A stretch of DNA of 64,000 bases, from IMG/VR virus record IMGVR_UViG_3300012665_001507, one strand, 5' to 3'. The position numbers and the translations under genes were made by a program. Each line of letters begins with the position of its first letter. The stretch's first letter is position 1. Of the stretch, positions 8,553-18,233 are shown piece after piece. Source of the DNA: a virus. Below the pieces are notes generated by a model, which saw nothing but the letters and a program-made list of their open reading frames with translations, had not been told where the DNA came from and ran no database searches.

Positions 8553-8979
8553 AAATGTCGGTTTTCTTTTTCTTTTTTTCTTCTTCTAATTCTTTTTGGA
8601 CAGCTTTTAACTGGTCACCAAATTTTGCTAATTCTTTTGATGAAGTTATATGACGTTCTTCGTGAGTTTTATTTAACCCTTCCAATCTTTCAATCTCATC
8701 AGTTAATTTCTTCGTGTGTGAATCGTCAGTGATATAAACTTCTTTTTCAATTGTTACCTCAACAATTTTTTCAACAACCTTTTCCACCTCAACTGGTACT
8801 TCGACTACTTTTTCAACAATCTTTTCCACAATCTTCTCAGCAATAGCTGGTGTTGACCCAAATTTTTCAACGGTAAAACCTTGCTTAACTAGTTTTACTG
8901 TAAACTCATCAATATTAGTTATATTGTTAAGCCTACAGTAATCCCAGATTTCGTTTTTAAGTTGTTGGGGTAGCTCCAT
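8542..8979 (-). CDS. Hypothetical protein with VEKIVE repeats and coiled coil
   Basis: EKIVEKIVEKVVEVPVEVEKVVEKIVEV; overlaps both neighbours. Confidence 0.75.
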   Translation of the reverse strand: MELPQQLKNEIWDYCRLNNITNIDEFTVKLVKQGFTVEKFGSTPAIAEKIVEKIVEKVVEVPVEVEKVVEKIVEVTIEKEVYITDDSHTKKLTDEIERLEGLNKTHEERHITSSKELAKFGDQLKAVQKELEEEKKKKKTDIYGE

Positions 8980-9196
8980 CTAATTTGTCGTTTACGTCTT
9001 CTTGTGTTTGGTGGAAGAAACATACTTCTCTACCGTGTTCGTCCACATACAATGCTATTATTGGTTTATCTAAGCGATAAACTAAACTGTTCTCATCTTC
9101 TGGGTCCAAAAGACCCACTTCACCGTTTACAATGCTATATCCATCCATAGAATCTGGGATATTAGCAATAAATTCTTTTAATTCTCCTAATGTCAT
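8957..9196 (-). CDS. Hypothetical protein
   Basis: 79 aa, MTLGELKEFIANIPD start typical of small phage proteins; ATGA overlap with the Mre11 gene absent but 4-nt coupling present. Confidence 0.7.
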   Translation of the reverse strand: MTLGELKEFIANIPDSMDGYSIVNGEVGLLDPEDENSLVYRLDKPIIALYVDEHGREVCFFHQTQEDVNDKLDGATPTT

Positions 9197-10005
9197 AAGT
9201 TTGTTATTTGTTCTGTTCCGTTTTCAATATCTTCAATCGATTTGATTTTGAATTGATAATACGGAAACTTATTGTCAACATCGTGTTCAGTATATGTTTT
9301 GGTTGGTATATCCCATAATAAGAACCCATGTTTTGTTATGTTTTCACCAAAGTTTTGTTGAATCAATGATGATGGATAGGCAATCAAAATACCCTTGTGG
9401 TTGAATACTTGTCTTTTGTGGATATCACCTAACATCACAATATCACATCCTTCGAATATCTCTAATCCAGCACCGTGGTCAATCTCATAACCAATATCTG
9501 TTTTAGCGTTAACTACTGGAGCGTGGAATAAACCAATATAAGTTTTATCATCACCGAATTGTAATCTAGCCGATTCAATATCTGGTCTCTCGTTTTCTTC
9601 AAAAATTGAATAAACACACCAGACAACATCACCATCCAAGTAACATTTAGATTCTTTGAAGTAATTGATTTCTTGGTCTGGCAAGAACTGAACCATCGGA
9701 CTAATACTATCCATACGGTCTTTATTGTTTTCTAACAAATCGTGATTACCAGCAATCATGATGACTGGTGCGATTTTTTCTAGTTCTCTTAAGAACCAAG
9801 TACCAAGCATCAACTGCTCGTTAGAGATAACAATCTTTTGATGAACAAGGTCACCAGCAATCACTATTCTAATTTCTTCTCGTTTGTATTCAGTTAACAA
9901 TTCAGTCAAATCACTTATTAGCGTTTTGAACACATCTCTGTATTCATCATGCATCCTAAACGTTCTAATGTGAATGTCAGCTAAATGGACTATTTTCTTT
10001 ACCAT
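9193..10005 (-). CDS. Mre11/SbcD (T4 gp47-like) metallophosphoesterase nuclease
   Basis: ADIH, GDLVH, GNHD, FH and GDIH motifs; upstream of the Rad50-like gene. Confidence 0.92.
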   Translation of the reverse strand: MVKKIVHLADIHIRTFRMHDEYRDVFKTLISDLTELLTEYKREEIRIVIAGDLVHQKIVISNEQLMLGTWFLRELEKIAPVIMIAGNHDLLENNKDRMDSISPMVQFLPDQEINYFKESKCYLDGDVVWCVYSIFEENERPDIESARLQFGDDKTYIGLFHAPVVNAKTDIGYEIDHGAGLEIFEGCDIVMLGDIHKRQVFNHKGILIAYPSSLIQQNFGENITKHGFLLWDIPTKTYTEHDVDNKFPYYQFKIKSIEDIENGTEQITNL

Positions 10006-10008
10006 TGA

Positions 10009-10791
10009 TTATGCGTTTTTCATTAAGTTATAGTGGTGCATCTCAATAAGCTTTTTAGCTTCATGTTTAAGATACATTATTTGAATCTTTTCAAAAGTCT
10101 TTTTCTCTTTATCCCAATATCCAATACAGATTTGTCTACACTTGCGACCAGGAAACTCCAACTCGTACATATACGCATACACACTTAACTGAAGAGTATA
10201 GATTGACCATTGACATGATTGTAGATGGTCAAATGGTTTAAATAACGTTTCATAACCATATGGGTTAAAAAAATTAAACTCTCTATTTGTTTTCCAATCC
10301 CATACATCAAAATAAACATCGTCTATATCAATGATAAGGTCGGACATACCAGCCAATTCGTATTGCTCAGCGAACAATATACGTTCTGGCCACATTGCCA
10401 TACCCTCATCAATTTTTAGTGCGTTAAATCCATCGATTACGCATTGTTCAAATTCACCTTCTTCATTGTCTTCTGGGTAATACCATTTGTTTGCCAATAA
10501 ATAACGTTCAACAATATCGTGTACCTTGGTACCGTAGATATTTGCTTCATCATTTAGCATTTGCCAAAAATCAAGTATTTGTTGCTGTGTTAAACCGATA
10601 TAACGTTCTTGTTTAACATTGTCCAGTTGTTTTGTTATCGCCAAAGAAACAGCTTCAGAATCAAAGTGGGGTTCAATAGAACTAAGGGTCGTAGTAACCG
10701 ACTTGTATGTTTTACCAGTAACCCTATGATGATACTTATGTTCAATGGGTTCTAAGAAAACTGGGCCTTCCCATAATTTTGCTTTGCTCAT
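10009..10791 (-). CDS. PD-(D/E)XK exonuclease (RecB/Cas4-like family)
   Basis: SVTT, GTKVH..E, E...LAGMSDL...DWKT, YTLQLSVY. Start moved to the ATG at 10791 because the track's TTG at 10836 is the -33 box of a promoter. Confidence 0.85.
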   Translation of the reverse strand: MSKAKLWEGPVFLEPIEHKYHHRVTGKTYKSVTTTLSSIEPHFDSEAVSLAITKQLDNVKQERYIGLTQQQILDFWQMLNDEANIYGTKVHDIVERYLLANKWYYPEDNEEGEFEQCVIDGFNALKIDEGMAMWPERILFAEQYELAGMSDLIIDIDDVYFDVWDWKTNREFNFFNPYGYETLFKPFDHLQSCQWSIYTLQLSVYAYMYELEFPGRKCRQICIGYWDKEKKTFEKIQIMYLKHEAKKLIEMHHYNLMKNA

Positions 10792-10805
10792 ATTTCTTTT
10801 TCTTA

Positions 10806-10836
10806 CAAAGATACGAAATTTTATTCTATGTTGCAA
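10806..10836 (-). promoter_or_regulatory. Bacteroidota-type -33/-7 promoter for the nuclease operon
   Basis: TTG-N20-TATCTTTG. Confidence 0.75.
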
Positions 10837-10837
10837 G

Positions 10838-10845
10838 TATTTATA
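10838..10845 (+). promoter_or_regulatory. TATTTATA candidate late promoter, plus orientation
   Basis: 13 nt upstream of the only plus-strand gene. Confidence 0.65.
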
Positions 10846-10858
10846 TTAAAAGAATATA

Positions 10859-11245
10859 ATGAAAGAGTTTATCCAAAAACAGTTTAGAAAATTAATACTG
10901 GAATCCGAAAACGAAAAGATTGATACCTCTAAAATCAAAATTAAAAAACAAGTGGTAAATAACTTGTTAGTTTTTACACCTTTTTATGATGGTGAAAGAA
11001 TGGGTGCGTTTAGACTTAGACCATTTGGTAACGACTATAAAATTTTTGGTGTTGTTCTTAATGATAGATTCAAAGGACAAGGTATTGGTAAAGGAATGTA
11101 TCGATACATTATCAAAACAATAGGTAAAGAAGGTAAAAAATTATATTCTGATGATAAACAATCACAAGACGCACAAAATGTGTGGAATAGTTTAGTTAGA
11201 AACGGCTTCGCAACACCTACTGATACTGGATACGTATCAATTTAG
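10859..11245 (+). CDS. GNAT-family acetyltransferase
   Basis: Acetyl-CoA motif A VVLNDRFKGQGIGKGMY and QSQDAQNVWNSL; fills the gap between two minus-strand genes. Confidence 0.8.
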   Translation: MKEFIQKQFRKLILESENEKIDTSKIKIKKQVVNNLLVFTPFYDGERMGAFRLRPFGNDYKIFGVVLNDRFKGQGIGKGMYRYIIKTIGKEGKKLYSDDKQSQDAQNVWNSLVRNGFATPTDTGYVSI

Positions 11246-12198
11246 TAGATATCCTTATCTTCTGGTTTAAAAGCACCCATAAGAAGCTTTGTAATACCTT
11301 TGTTACCTAATTTTTCATATATTTTAGACGGGTCATACCCCTCTGGTGGTCTCACTAATTTGATTCTACCTCTCAGATTACCAAAATTCAATTGTTTGTA
11401 AAGACTTTTAGCATCTTCCCACGCATCATCATCCAAAACAATCACAATAAAGCCAGCAGCTTTGTCATGTAATAATTCTAAAAGGTTATTTGAAAGGATT
11501 TTACCTAACAATGGGATAGAATTTGGTGTTACTATATGGTCAGTTGCACCTTCCACTAAATAAACCGTTGCATCTAAGTTTAACCTACCCTCATTAAATA
11601 TAATTTCTTGTTTCTCAGCATCTGGGTTTAGATATTTTAGCTTCGTGTATTCTTTATCGAACCACCTAGCAATAAAATAATTCAATTCACCTTCCGAATC
11701 ATAGGATGGGATAATTATTCTATTAAAAAATTTACCTTTATATGTGTAACCAATATCAAATTCATCTATAATACCATCAGTGATACCTCTAGTTTTTAAA
11801 TAATTTAACGCTAAATTTGCTTTGTAGTCTTTTTCAGTGCAATCTGAAAGTCTTTTATACCCTTCTGGTAAAGTTAATATTACTCGCTCACGTTCTCTAT
11901 CAGTAATAAACTCAGCATCTGGTTTTACCAATAAGTAATCTCGTATATTTTTAGGGGTTGCGTATTTTTTAAGGAGTTTCATGACTGGCCCATGCATGCG
12001 ATTTGTTTCATGGCATGACCAACATTTATACTTATTCATTTGGTAGTTAATCTCTAAGTTACCCTTACCATCACCATCTACCAAACCTTTTTCAGCAGAG
12101 CATGCTGGACAATCAAATGCGATTTGCCCAGTATCCTCATTATGTTTTCTAGCATCACCCAAAAAACTTTCCAATATGTTAACTAATAACATTGCCAT
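11242..12198 (-). CDS. DNA primase (Zn-finger plus TOPRIM)
   Basis: CPAC...CWSC, YLKTRGI, RIIIP, KYLNP, LVEGATD, LDDDA. Confidence 0.9.
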   Translation of the reverse strand: MAMLLVNILESFLGDARKHNEDTGQIAFDCPACSAEKGLVDGDGKGNLEINYQMNKYKCWSCHETNRMHGPVMKLLKKYATPKNIRDYLLVKPDAEFITDRERERVILTLPEGYKRLSDCTEKDYKANLALNYLKTRGITDGIIDEFDIGYTYKGKFFNRIIIPSYDSEGELNYFIARWFDKEYTKLKYLNPDAEKQEIIFNEGRLNLDATVYLVEGATDHIVTPNSIPLLGKILSNNLLELLHDKAAGFIVIVLDDDAWEDAKSLYKQLNFGNLRGRIKLVRPPEGYDPSKIYEKLGNKGITKLLMGAFKPEDKDIY

Positions 12199-12202
12199 TC
12201 GA

Positions 12203-12234
12203 CAAAGGTACGAAATTAATTCTGATTTTCCAAA
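12203..12234 (-). promoter_or_regulatory. Bacteroidota-type promoter 4 nt from the primase ATG
   Basis: TTTG-N20-TACCTTTG-N4-ATG. Confidence 0.7.
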
Positions 12235-12479
12235 TAAATTTTAGAAATATAGTTTTCAATGATTAATTTGGTAATCCTTTCTTTTTTGAGATGGAATTTG
12301 GTGTCGTTGAGATATTTCTTACGAATGGTCTTATAAGTATGAAGAATAGCTGTATCACGTAGATTGTAAGTCATATCAACACCATACTCTAAATTGTATT
12401 CTGACAATTTAATTTCTACGTAGTATTTGATGTAGTTTAATAACTCATCATTGGTGTTGTCGATATCTATGCTTTCCAT
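12216..12479 (-). CDS. Hypothetical protein
   Basis: 87-aa ORF filling the gap between the resolvase and primase genes. Confidence 0.6.
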   Translation of the reverse strand: MESIDIDNTNDELLNYIKYYVEIKLSEYNLEYGVDMTYNLRDTAILHTYKTIRKKYLNDTKFHLKKERITKLIIENYISKIYLENQN

Positions 12480-13114
12480 GCTTCAATCTTGTTCATATAA
12501 CCACGTGCAGCGGTATAAGCATCAGATGTGTCAAAAGTTTCTTTCTTTAATTTGTTGTTTTTGTCATAGAACCAACTAACTTGTGGTTCTAACTCAGCAA
12601 CTTTTTCCCAAAGAACATATTTCTTATCAACATCAAAAGGAAAATCACCAAACAACACAGGAACGTTCTTAGCGATTTGTTTTTCTAATAGAGGTGTTCC
12701 ATCCTTTTTTGTTTTTCTAATAGCCATAAGCTCTGGAAATGCATATTTACGTGCATCGTAAGATGAGATGAATTCTGGTACAATCCCCAAAGTATCATAA
12801 ACAGATTTTGAAATCATTCCATTGAATCTTAATAACGTTGCGATTGTATAAACGTTGTTTGATTGAAGAAGTGGTTCTTCAATTACAACTCTGGTAATAC
12901 CAAAATCACTATAGTGTGAAAGGAATTCGTTTTCAAAGATTTCAACTTTTTTAAACAATTCTTCCATTTTATTATCTGGTTTTGGTTTTACTTTAGGTGA
13001 TACGTGGTGCAACAATTTAAGCTCACCTTTATGTCCTAAGTCTTCAAATAATGCAATACCTATAGTAGATGTTGATACATCTAACGCCAATAAAAATTCT
13101 GGTTCTTTTGTCAT
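12467..13114 (-). CDS. RuvC-like Holliday junction resolvase
   Basis: LLALDVSTSTIG, VVIEEP and terminal DTSDAY acidic motifs of the RNase H fold. Confidence 0.8.
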   Translation of the reverse strand: MTKEPEFLLALDVSTSTIGIALFEDLGHKGELKLLHHVSPKVKPKPDNKMEELFKKVEIFENEFLSHYSDFGITRVVIEEPLLQSNNVYTIATLLRFNGMISKSVYDTLGIVPEFISSYDARKYAFPELMAIRKTKKDGTPLLEKQIAKNVPVLFGDFPFDVDKKYVLWEKVAELEPQVSWFYDKNNKLKKETFDTSDAYTAARGYMNKIEAWKA

Positions 13115-13162
13115 AATACTTTTTTTATTATTAATTTAAGTTATTACTTAAAAAAATAAAGC

Positions 13163-14365
13163 TTAAAGTGTGATTTTTATTCCTAACGCCAAAAATTCAT
13201 TAACATTTTTAGTAATGTGTCTATCAGTTTTAGCAACAGCAATAAGGTTACCACTATCATCAAATAACCCAACTTCACTGATTCTAGGTATATCACCAAT
13301 ATCAAATGTTGGGTTTGTTGTTGAACCGAATTCACCTCTATCAGCAATACATGTAACGCTTTGGTAAACGTTTGTTGAAACACTGTTAAACATTACAGTT
13401 GTAGCTGTTGATGCTGATTGAACAAAATTATTAACGATTGTTGGGTCGGTAATTACGGCAAACCCTTTATCTAAATAAACCATACCAACTAGTGTATCAG
13501 CAGTAACAGCTAAGTTAGAATTTGTTTGAAAATTATATGTTTGTTTATGATTTAACGAGAATGGTTTTTCAGTATTATAACCAGTAGCCCAACTCAAAGA
13601 TGCGTCACCACCATTTGGTCTCATAATATCATCAGAAACCAAAGCAGCAATATTCTCACCAAATTGATTTGTTTGAAGTGCATTATCAGCAATCAAAGTA
13701 TCTAATGTCATTAATGTATTATTACCACCCAAATATGTTGAATACATAGTGTACGTACCAGCAGATGTAGGTAATTCAAGTTTAAATGTTTTACCATCAA
13801 TACACTCACCATAGTTAGCGTTATTGATTGCAATCACAAGAATTTTTGTTGCACTAAGTGCACTCAAAGCAGTGTCAGAGTAACCACCGTTTGTGTATGT
13901 AACACCAGTATATCTTGTGTCGTCATTTGTGTTTAAAGGTAAACCAAAAGAATAATACAAATTAACCAAATTGTCAGTTGTTACGTCATTTCTATTAATC
14001 AATGATTTTGTCAAACTAGCTCCACTAACTGTAACCATACCATTAGGGATAATTTCAGATAAAATATTAATTGATTGTGAAGAAACAGGTTTTGTCAACA
14101 CACCGCTAGAATTTACAATAAGCATAGTTTTCATACCAACAGATTGTGTTGTACTGTTACTAATTGTAGAATTAGGACCAATATCACCACCAACCCCAGG
14201 AATCTCTCCCGTAGCTAGTGTTAGGTTGGTATAGTAATTAGCATCAGAATCACCAAGACTAAAAGTTTTGATTAATGCGTTATTGGTAGACACCATTTTT
14301 TGTCTACCTAGTGGAGTTAACTTAGCCGTTAACGTAAGTGTCGTTGCAGTGTTATTGTATCCCAT
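13163..14365 (-). CDS. Virion structural protein, tail-collar-fibre (DUF3751-like) type
   Basis: AKLTPLGRQKM...FSLGDSD at the N-terminus and ISEVGLFDDSGNLIAVAK at the C-terminus. Confidence 0.6.
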   Translation of the reverse strand: MGYNNTATTLTLTAKLTPLGRQKMVSTNNALIKTFSLGDSDANYYTNLTLATGEIPGVGGDIGPNSTISNSTTQSVGMKTMLIVNSSGVLTKPVSSQSINILSEIIPNGMVTVSGASLTKSLINRNDVTTDNLVNLYYSFGLPLNTNDDTRYTGVTYTNGGYSDTALSALSATKILVIAINNANYGECIDGKTFKLELPTSAGTYTMYSTYLGGNNTLMTLDTLIADNALQTNQFGENIAALVSDDIMRPNGGDASLSWATGYNTEKPFSLNHKQTYNFQTNSNLAVTADTLVGMVYLDKGFAVITDPTIVNNFVQSASTATTVMFNSVSTNVYQSVTCIADRGEFGSTTNPTFDIGDIPRISEVGLFDDSGNLIAVAKTDRHITKNVNEFLALGIKITL

Positions 14366-16500
14366 TAGAAGTCCATTGATAATTCAAGCATTATTGTGTT
14401 TCCACCAGCTAAAGGAACTGGGTTAGATAATTTACCAATACATACTAGGTTTCTATCTGTATCGTAAATACCTACCTCAGTAATTTTGATATTTGGTGGG
14501 TTTGTTGACATATCTTTGCTTCTAGTCGGGTTAGTAGTTGCATTGAACTGACTAGCGTTAACTCTAATATCAAAGATTGTTTTGTATATTGTCGCACCGA
14601 TGAATGTTGTTAAATTCCCGTAGAAGAATCTTTCATCACCGAATTGTAATTGTTCTGGTTGTGTGTTGGCTGGTAAATTCAACGCTGCAATAATACTAAA
14701 TGTAGTTGCTGAATTATCTTTTAATTTATCAATGATAAAACCAGTCGTTGTTGGTGTTTGACCTTCTAATAATTTAGGGTCAATTGTTTCACCAGCACCA
14801 CCAGTAATCGCTGTGGTTGTAAAGTCAAAAGCTTTCCATGCTCCTGGGTCTGGGCGGTCAGTTGGGTCTTGCACCATTTGATAAACCAATTTGAATTTAT
14901 CGGCATAGAAACCATAACCATCATAACCAGATTCTAATTTACGCATGTAAGGTAATAAATCTGTTTCGTTGATTCTAAACGCAACATCTTTTGCAGCCGA
15001 TGTATTGTTTGTTATTTTGATATATTCTTGACAAGACATAGATGTCGTTAAACCAGTACCTGTTGTGTTTTCTAAAATGTATGTTAAATACATTGTATCA
15101 TTAATAGCCAACACCCCAGTAGACGTACCACCAGTTGGTGCTTGTAATGTTGCACCCAATTCTGGAAGTGTCCAGTTTCTATTTGATTTGTAAGACGTTG
15201 CCGCAACAATTTCGTCATCATGAATAACACACGTTTTTAATTGTGGGTAAATTCTACCAACAACTTTAGGTGTTGATGCCGCAGCAATCAAAGTTGGGTC
15301 CTCAATTAAATCAATATATTCAATATCACTGTTGGTTATTACTTGTGTTGCACCTGTAGCTATGAATGTCATACCCATAGATGTTCCACTACCCGTAGTA
15401 CCAGAGTATCTATGGTACATTAAATCTGGCATATATAAACTTAAATATTTACCAGATGCTGAATCAGTGTAGAAAAACTCACCATATAAGTTAGAAATAG
15501 TATTATTTGTGTAGTGAATAATAGAAATAGATTTAACTACTTCGTCTGGATAGCTCATACCTGGCCCGTTACAATTAAATGTAAGTGTTTCACCAGTTGA
15601 TTGACAAAGATATTCTAAGTAAGGATTTTTAGTACCTAAGTATCTATAAGAACCAAACTTGGTATAATTTTCATATAAGTTAGTAGTTGATAACCCAGTG
15701 ATACCAGCAATGTCTTCACACCACACATTGTTCATGTTCCAAACTGGAACATCATGACATGTAATGTTTACATTCGAGTCAAAAGATAAAGTACCAGAAT
15801 CCCAATAAGCAGTGGTTGTTCCAGTAGAGATTGTTTCATAAACCTCACCACCTCTGTAAACAATAACTTGGGTTGATGCAGTTTGAGAATGCAAGTTAGG
15901 TAAATTTCTATCAACCGTTACGTAACCAGCACCAGTTGCTTGAACCTTAAACCAAAGATTTGGAAGTGCTCTACTGTTTTCATTATTTACAATATTACCA
16001 ACAGTGTCGTTTGCTAATTTAATTAACATAACATCACCAACATGAATATCGGTAGTTGTAATAGCAAAGCTAGTCCCACCAGTAAATACTGAATTTGATA
16101 CGTTAGTAAAATATGGTGTATACGTTGACCCCGTAAGTGTTGTGAACGTTGAACCAGAACGTTGAAAGAAACCTCTTTCGTCAGCTTCATTATTTACAAT
16201 AGCTTTAACAACGTTTAACACTGAACCATTTACCGCTTGAAATGGGTCACTAGCACCGTTAGGTGTTATGAATGTTTTGATGTTTGGTTGTCTATCGAAT
16301 GGTCTAAACACAGCACTAGTTGCTGATAATGTTACGTCAGTAGGGTTTGCGTCCACAATAGCTTCTCTATTGTAGTTAATTTCAGAATCACCAATCGCCC
16401 AATAGTTAAAATTTAATTTACCTTGTGCTAATTGTTCTCTACCTTTTTGTGTTAACTTTATGCTAACAAACGGACTTGTGCTTTTAATTATGTAACTCAT
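14365..16500 (-). CDS. Virion structural protein, paralog of 13163..14365
   Basis: IKLTQKGREQLA...WAIGDSE and ITEVGIYDTDRNLVCIGKL. Confidence 0.6.
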   Translation of the reverse strand: MSYIIKSTSPFVSIKLTQKGREQLAQGKLNFNYWAIGDSEINYNREAIVDANPTDVTLSATSAVFRPFDRQPNIKTFITPNGASDPFQAVNGSVLNVVKAIVNNEADERGFFQRSGSTFTTLTGSTYTPYFTNVSNSVFTGGTSFAITTTDIHVGDVMLIKLANDTVGNIVNNENSRALPNLWFKVQATGAGYVTVDRNLPNLHSQTASTQVIVYRGGEVYETISTGTTTAYWDSGTLSFDSNVNITCHDVPVWNMNNVWCEDIAGITGLSTTNLYENYTKFGSYRYLGTKNPYLEYLCQSTGETLTFNCNGPGMSYPDEVVKSISIIHYTNNTISNLYGEFFYTDSASGKYLSLYMPDLMYHRYSGTTGSGTSMGMTFIATGATQVITNSDIEYIDLIEDPTLIAAASTPKVVGRIYPQLKTCVIHDDEIVAATSYKSNRNWTLPELGATLQAPTGGTSTGVLAINDTMYLTYILENTTGTGLTTSMSCQEYIKITNNTSAAKDVAFRINETDLLPYMRKLESGYDGYGFYADKFKLVYQMVQDPTDRPDPGAWKAFDFTTTAITGGAGETIDPKLLEGQTPTTTGFIIDKLKDNSATTFSIIAALNLPANTQPEQLQFGDERFFYGNLTTFIGATIYKTIFDIRVNASQFNATTNPTRSKDMSTNPPNIKITEVGIYDTDRNLVCIGKLSNPVPLAGGNTIMLELSMDF

Positions 16501-16504
16501 ATTT

Positions 16505-16539
16505 TATAAATATCTTTTTCTTTATTTTAGTTATAAATA
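16505..16539 (-). promoter_or_regulatory. Two tandem TATTTATA motifs (16505-16512, 16532-16539)
   Basis: Both lie in the 56-nt gap upstream of the ATG at 16500. Confidence 0.6.
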
Positions 16540-16556
16540 TCTAATAGTAAATAATA

Positions 16557-17987
16557 TTAATACGAATTTATCGAATTACTTTGGATTACTACTGGAATAA
16601 TTTCACTATATGATGTGCTGTTAAGGTTATCACCACAAATAGTTGTATAATTTTTTTCATTTCTCACTCTATAGTATAGTGTCGTACCAACTGTTCCGCT
16701 GGCAACAAAACCTAAATTATAAAAACTAACACCAACTTCATAATCAGTGGTACCACTAAAATATAATGAACTAAAGGTGTCACCAGTTGAAACTTCTAAC
16801 GCAAAATAACCATTTTTAGCGGTTGGTGTTTCAGCTATACTCCACGTCACTATTGGTGTGCTTGTGTTTAACCCCATTGCAGAACCAGTTCTAGGGAAAT
16901 AAACTATTGTAATAATATCACCAACCATCAACATACCTTCAAGAATAAGTCTTTTAGGGTTAGATATTGATTGGAAAAAATCGATATTATTTGCCAAAGT
17001 AGCACCATTCAACATTACAATAACACTAGCACCATCTTGTGGTGTAACTGAAGCATAAATCTCATACTTGTCAGTTGTTGTGTTATAATAAACTTCATTA
17101 GAGCCTTGGCCATCTGTAGCACCACTAACTATTGGCGAATTAACATTTAAGTTATCACTAACCATATTATAACCACCACCAGTTGAGTAGATAACAGTGA
17201 TAATATCATCTGAGAACGTTTCACCACTCAAGAATACTACGTTACCAACAAATGAATAATCTTGATTCAAAGCCAAAACCAAACCATTTAACGTAACAAC
17301 AAAATCACCAATAACACCATTTTGGATGTTGAAGGTGGTTTGACCATTTGTAGGTATTATTACTTGTTGTCTTAATTGACCTATTTGAGCTAAGTTGCTA
17401 TTATTTTGTGTTAACACAGGAATCTCAGCTTGTTTCATTGCAATGAAATAATAATCAAATTCTTTGTCGTAAATACCATATTCTGTACCAGAAATAAATG
17501 TTGATGTATCAACAGTTTTGTTTAATTTACCCAAGAAATCAGTACACACACCAAAAGAATAGTATGGTTTAATTATGTATTCACCATCAAGAGTTAATCC
17601 ACTAGATGGGACATATTGTGTTGTTATGTTGGTGGCACTAAATGTTGAATAATCCAACGTTTCTGATTTATATACAGGCGTTGAGCTAAAACCACTAAAT
17701 ATATCTGAATATTTATAAACCTCAAATTTAAACAGTGCACTGGTATCTATAAAAGACCTAGTGTTTGCTGTGAAATCAAAAGTTAACGGAATATTTTGTG
17801 TATTGGCAGAAATAATATAAGACGTACCGCTAGTTGAACCAGTGCAATCTATTTTAGACGCACCACTAAGTGAATATTGTGGACTTTCAAAAATACAAAT
17901 ATCTGAACTCATATTGACGTTCAGAATATCTTTGTTTCTTACAGCACCATTTTCATTTTGAATATATATTGGTTCTTGATATCTCAT
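16557..17987 (-). CDS. Beta-rich virion structural protein with internal repeat
   Basis: Two VxLNGxxLAxNxD[YF]...DIIT[VI][IV]Y units; S/T/G rich; tail gene context. Confidence 0.6.
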   Translation of the reverse strand: MRYQEPIYIQNENGAVRNKDILNVNMSSDICIFESPQYSLSGASKIDCTGSTSGTSYIISANTQNIPLTFDFTANTRSFIDTSALFKFEVYKYSDIFSGFSSTPVYKSETLDYSTFSATNITTQYVPSSGLTLDGEYIIKPYYSFGVCTDFLGKLNKTVDTSTFISGTEYGIYDKEFDYYFIAMKQAEIPVLTQNNSNLAQIGQLRQQVIIPTNGQTTFNIQNGVIGDFVVTLNGLVLALNQDYSFVGNVVFLSGETFSDDIITVIYSTGGGYNMVSDNLNVNSPIVSGATDGQGSNEVYYNTTTDKYEIYASVTPQDGASVIVMLNGATLANNIDFFQSISNPKRLILEGMLMVGDIITIVYFPRTGSAMGLNTSTPIVTWSIAETPTAKNGYFALEVSTGDTFSSLYFSGTTDYEVGVSFYNLGFVASGTVGTTLYYRVRNEKNYTTICGDNLNSTSYSEIIPVVIQSNSINSY

Positions 17988-18229
17988 TAGTAATTTATTT
18001 CTAGTGTAACCATTGTTTTATTATAACTATCCTTTAACCCAAAAGATTGTGGAATAATCAAAGCAGCGGTTTCTTCTGCTCTTGTTAAGTTTTGTAAATA
18101 CCCAACAAAACCATTCAAGTTAATGTAGTCTTCTCGTTGTATTTCACCCGTAATATTAGAAATGTAACGAATATCGTCTATGACATTCGTTAACACCTCA
18201 CCTTGTATATTTTTTATAAATTGTGTCAT
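17987..18229 (-). CDS. Hypothetical protein
   Basis: 80 aa, TAATG-coupled to the next gene. Confidence 0.7.
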   Translation of the reverse strand: MTQFIKNIQGEVLTNVIDDIRYISNITGEIQREDYINLNGFVGYLQNLTRAEETAALIIPQSFGLKDSYNKTMVTLEINY

Positions 18230-18233
18230 AACA

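Noticed and set aside
10009-10791. Cas4-like nuclease as sign of a CRISPR-Cas system
   Set aside because: No array or other cas genes; it sits in a recombination operon and lacks an evident four-Cys cluster.
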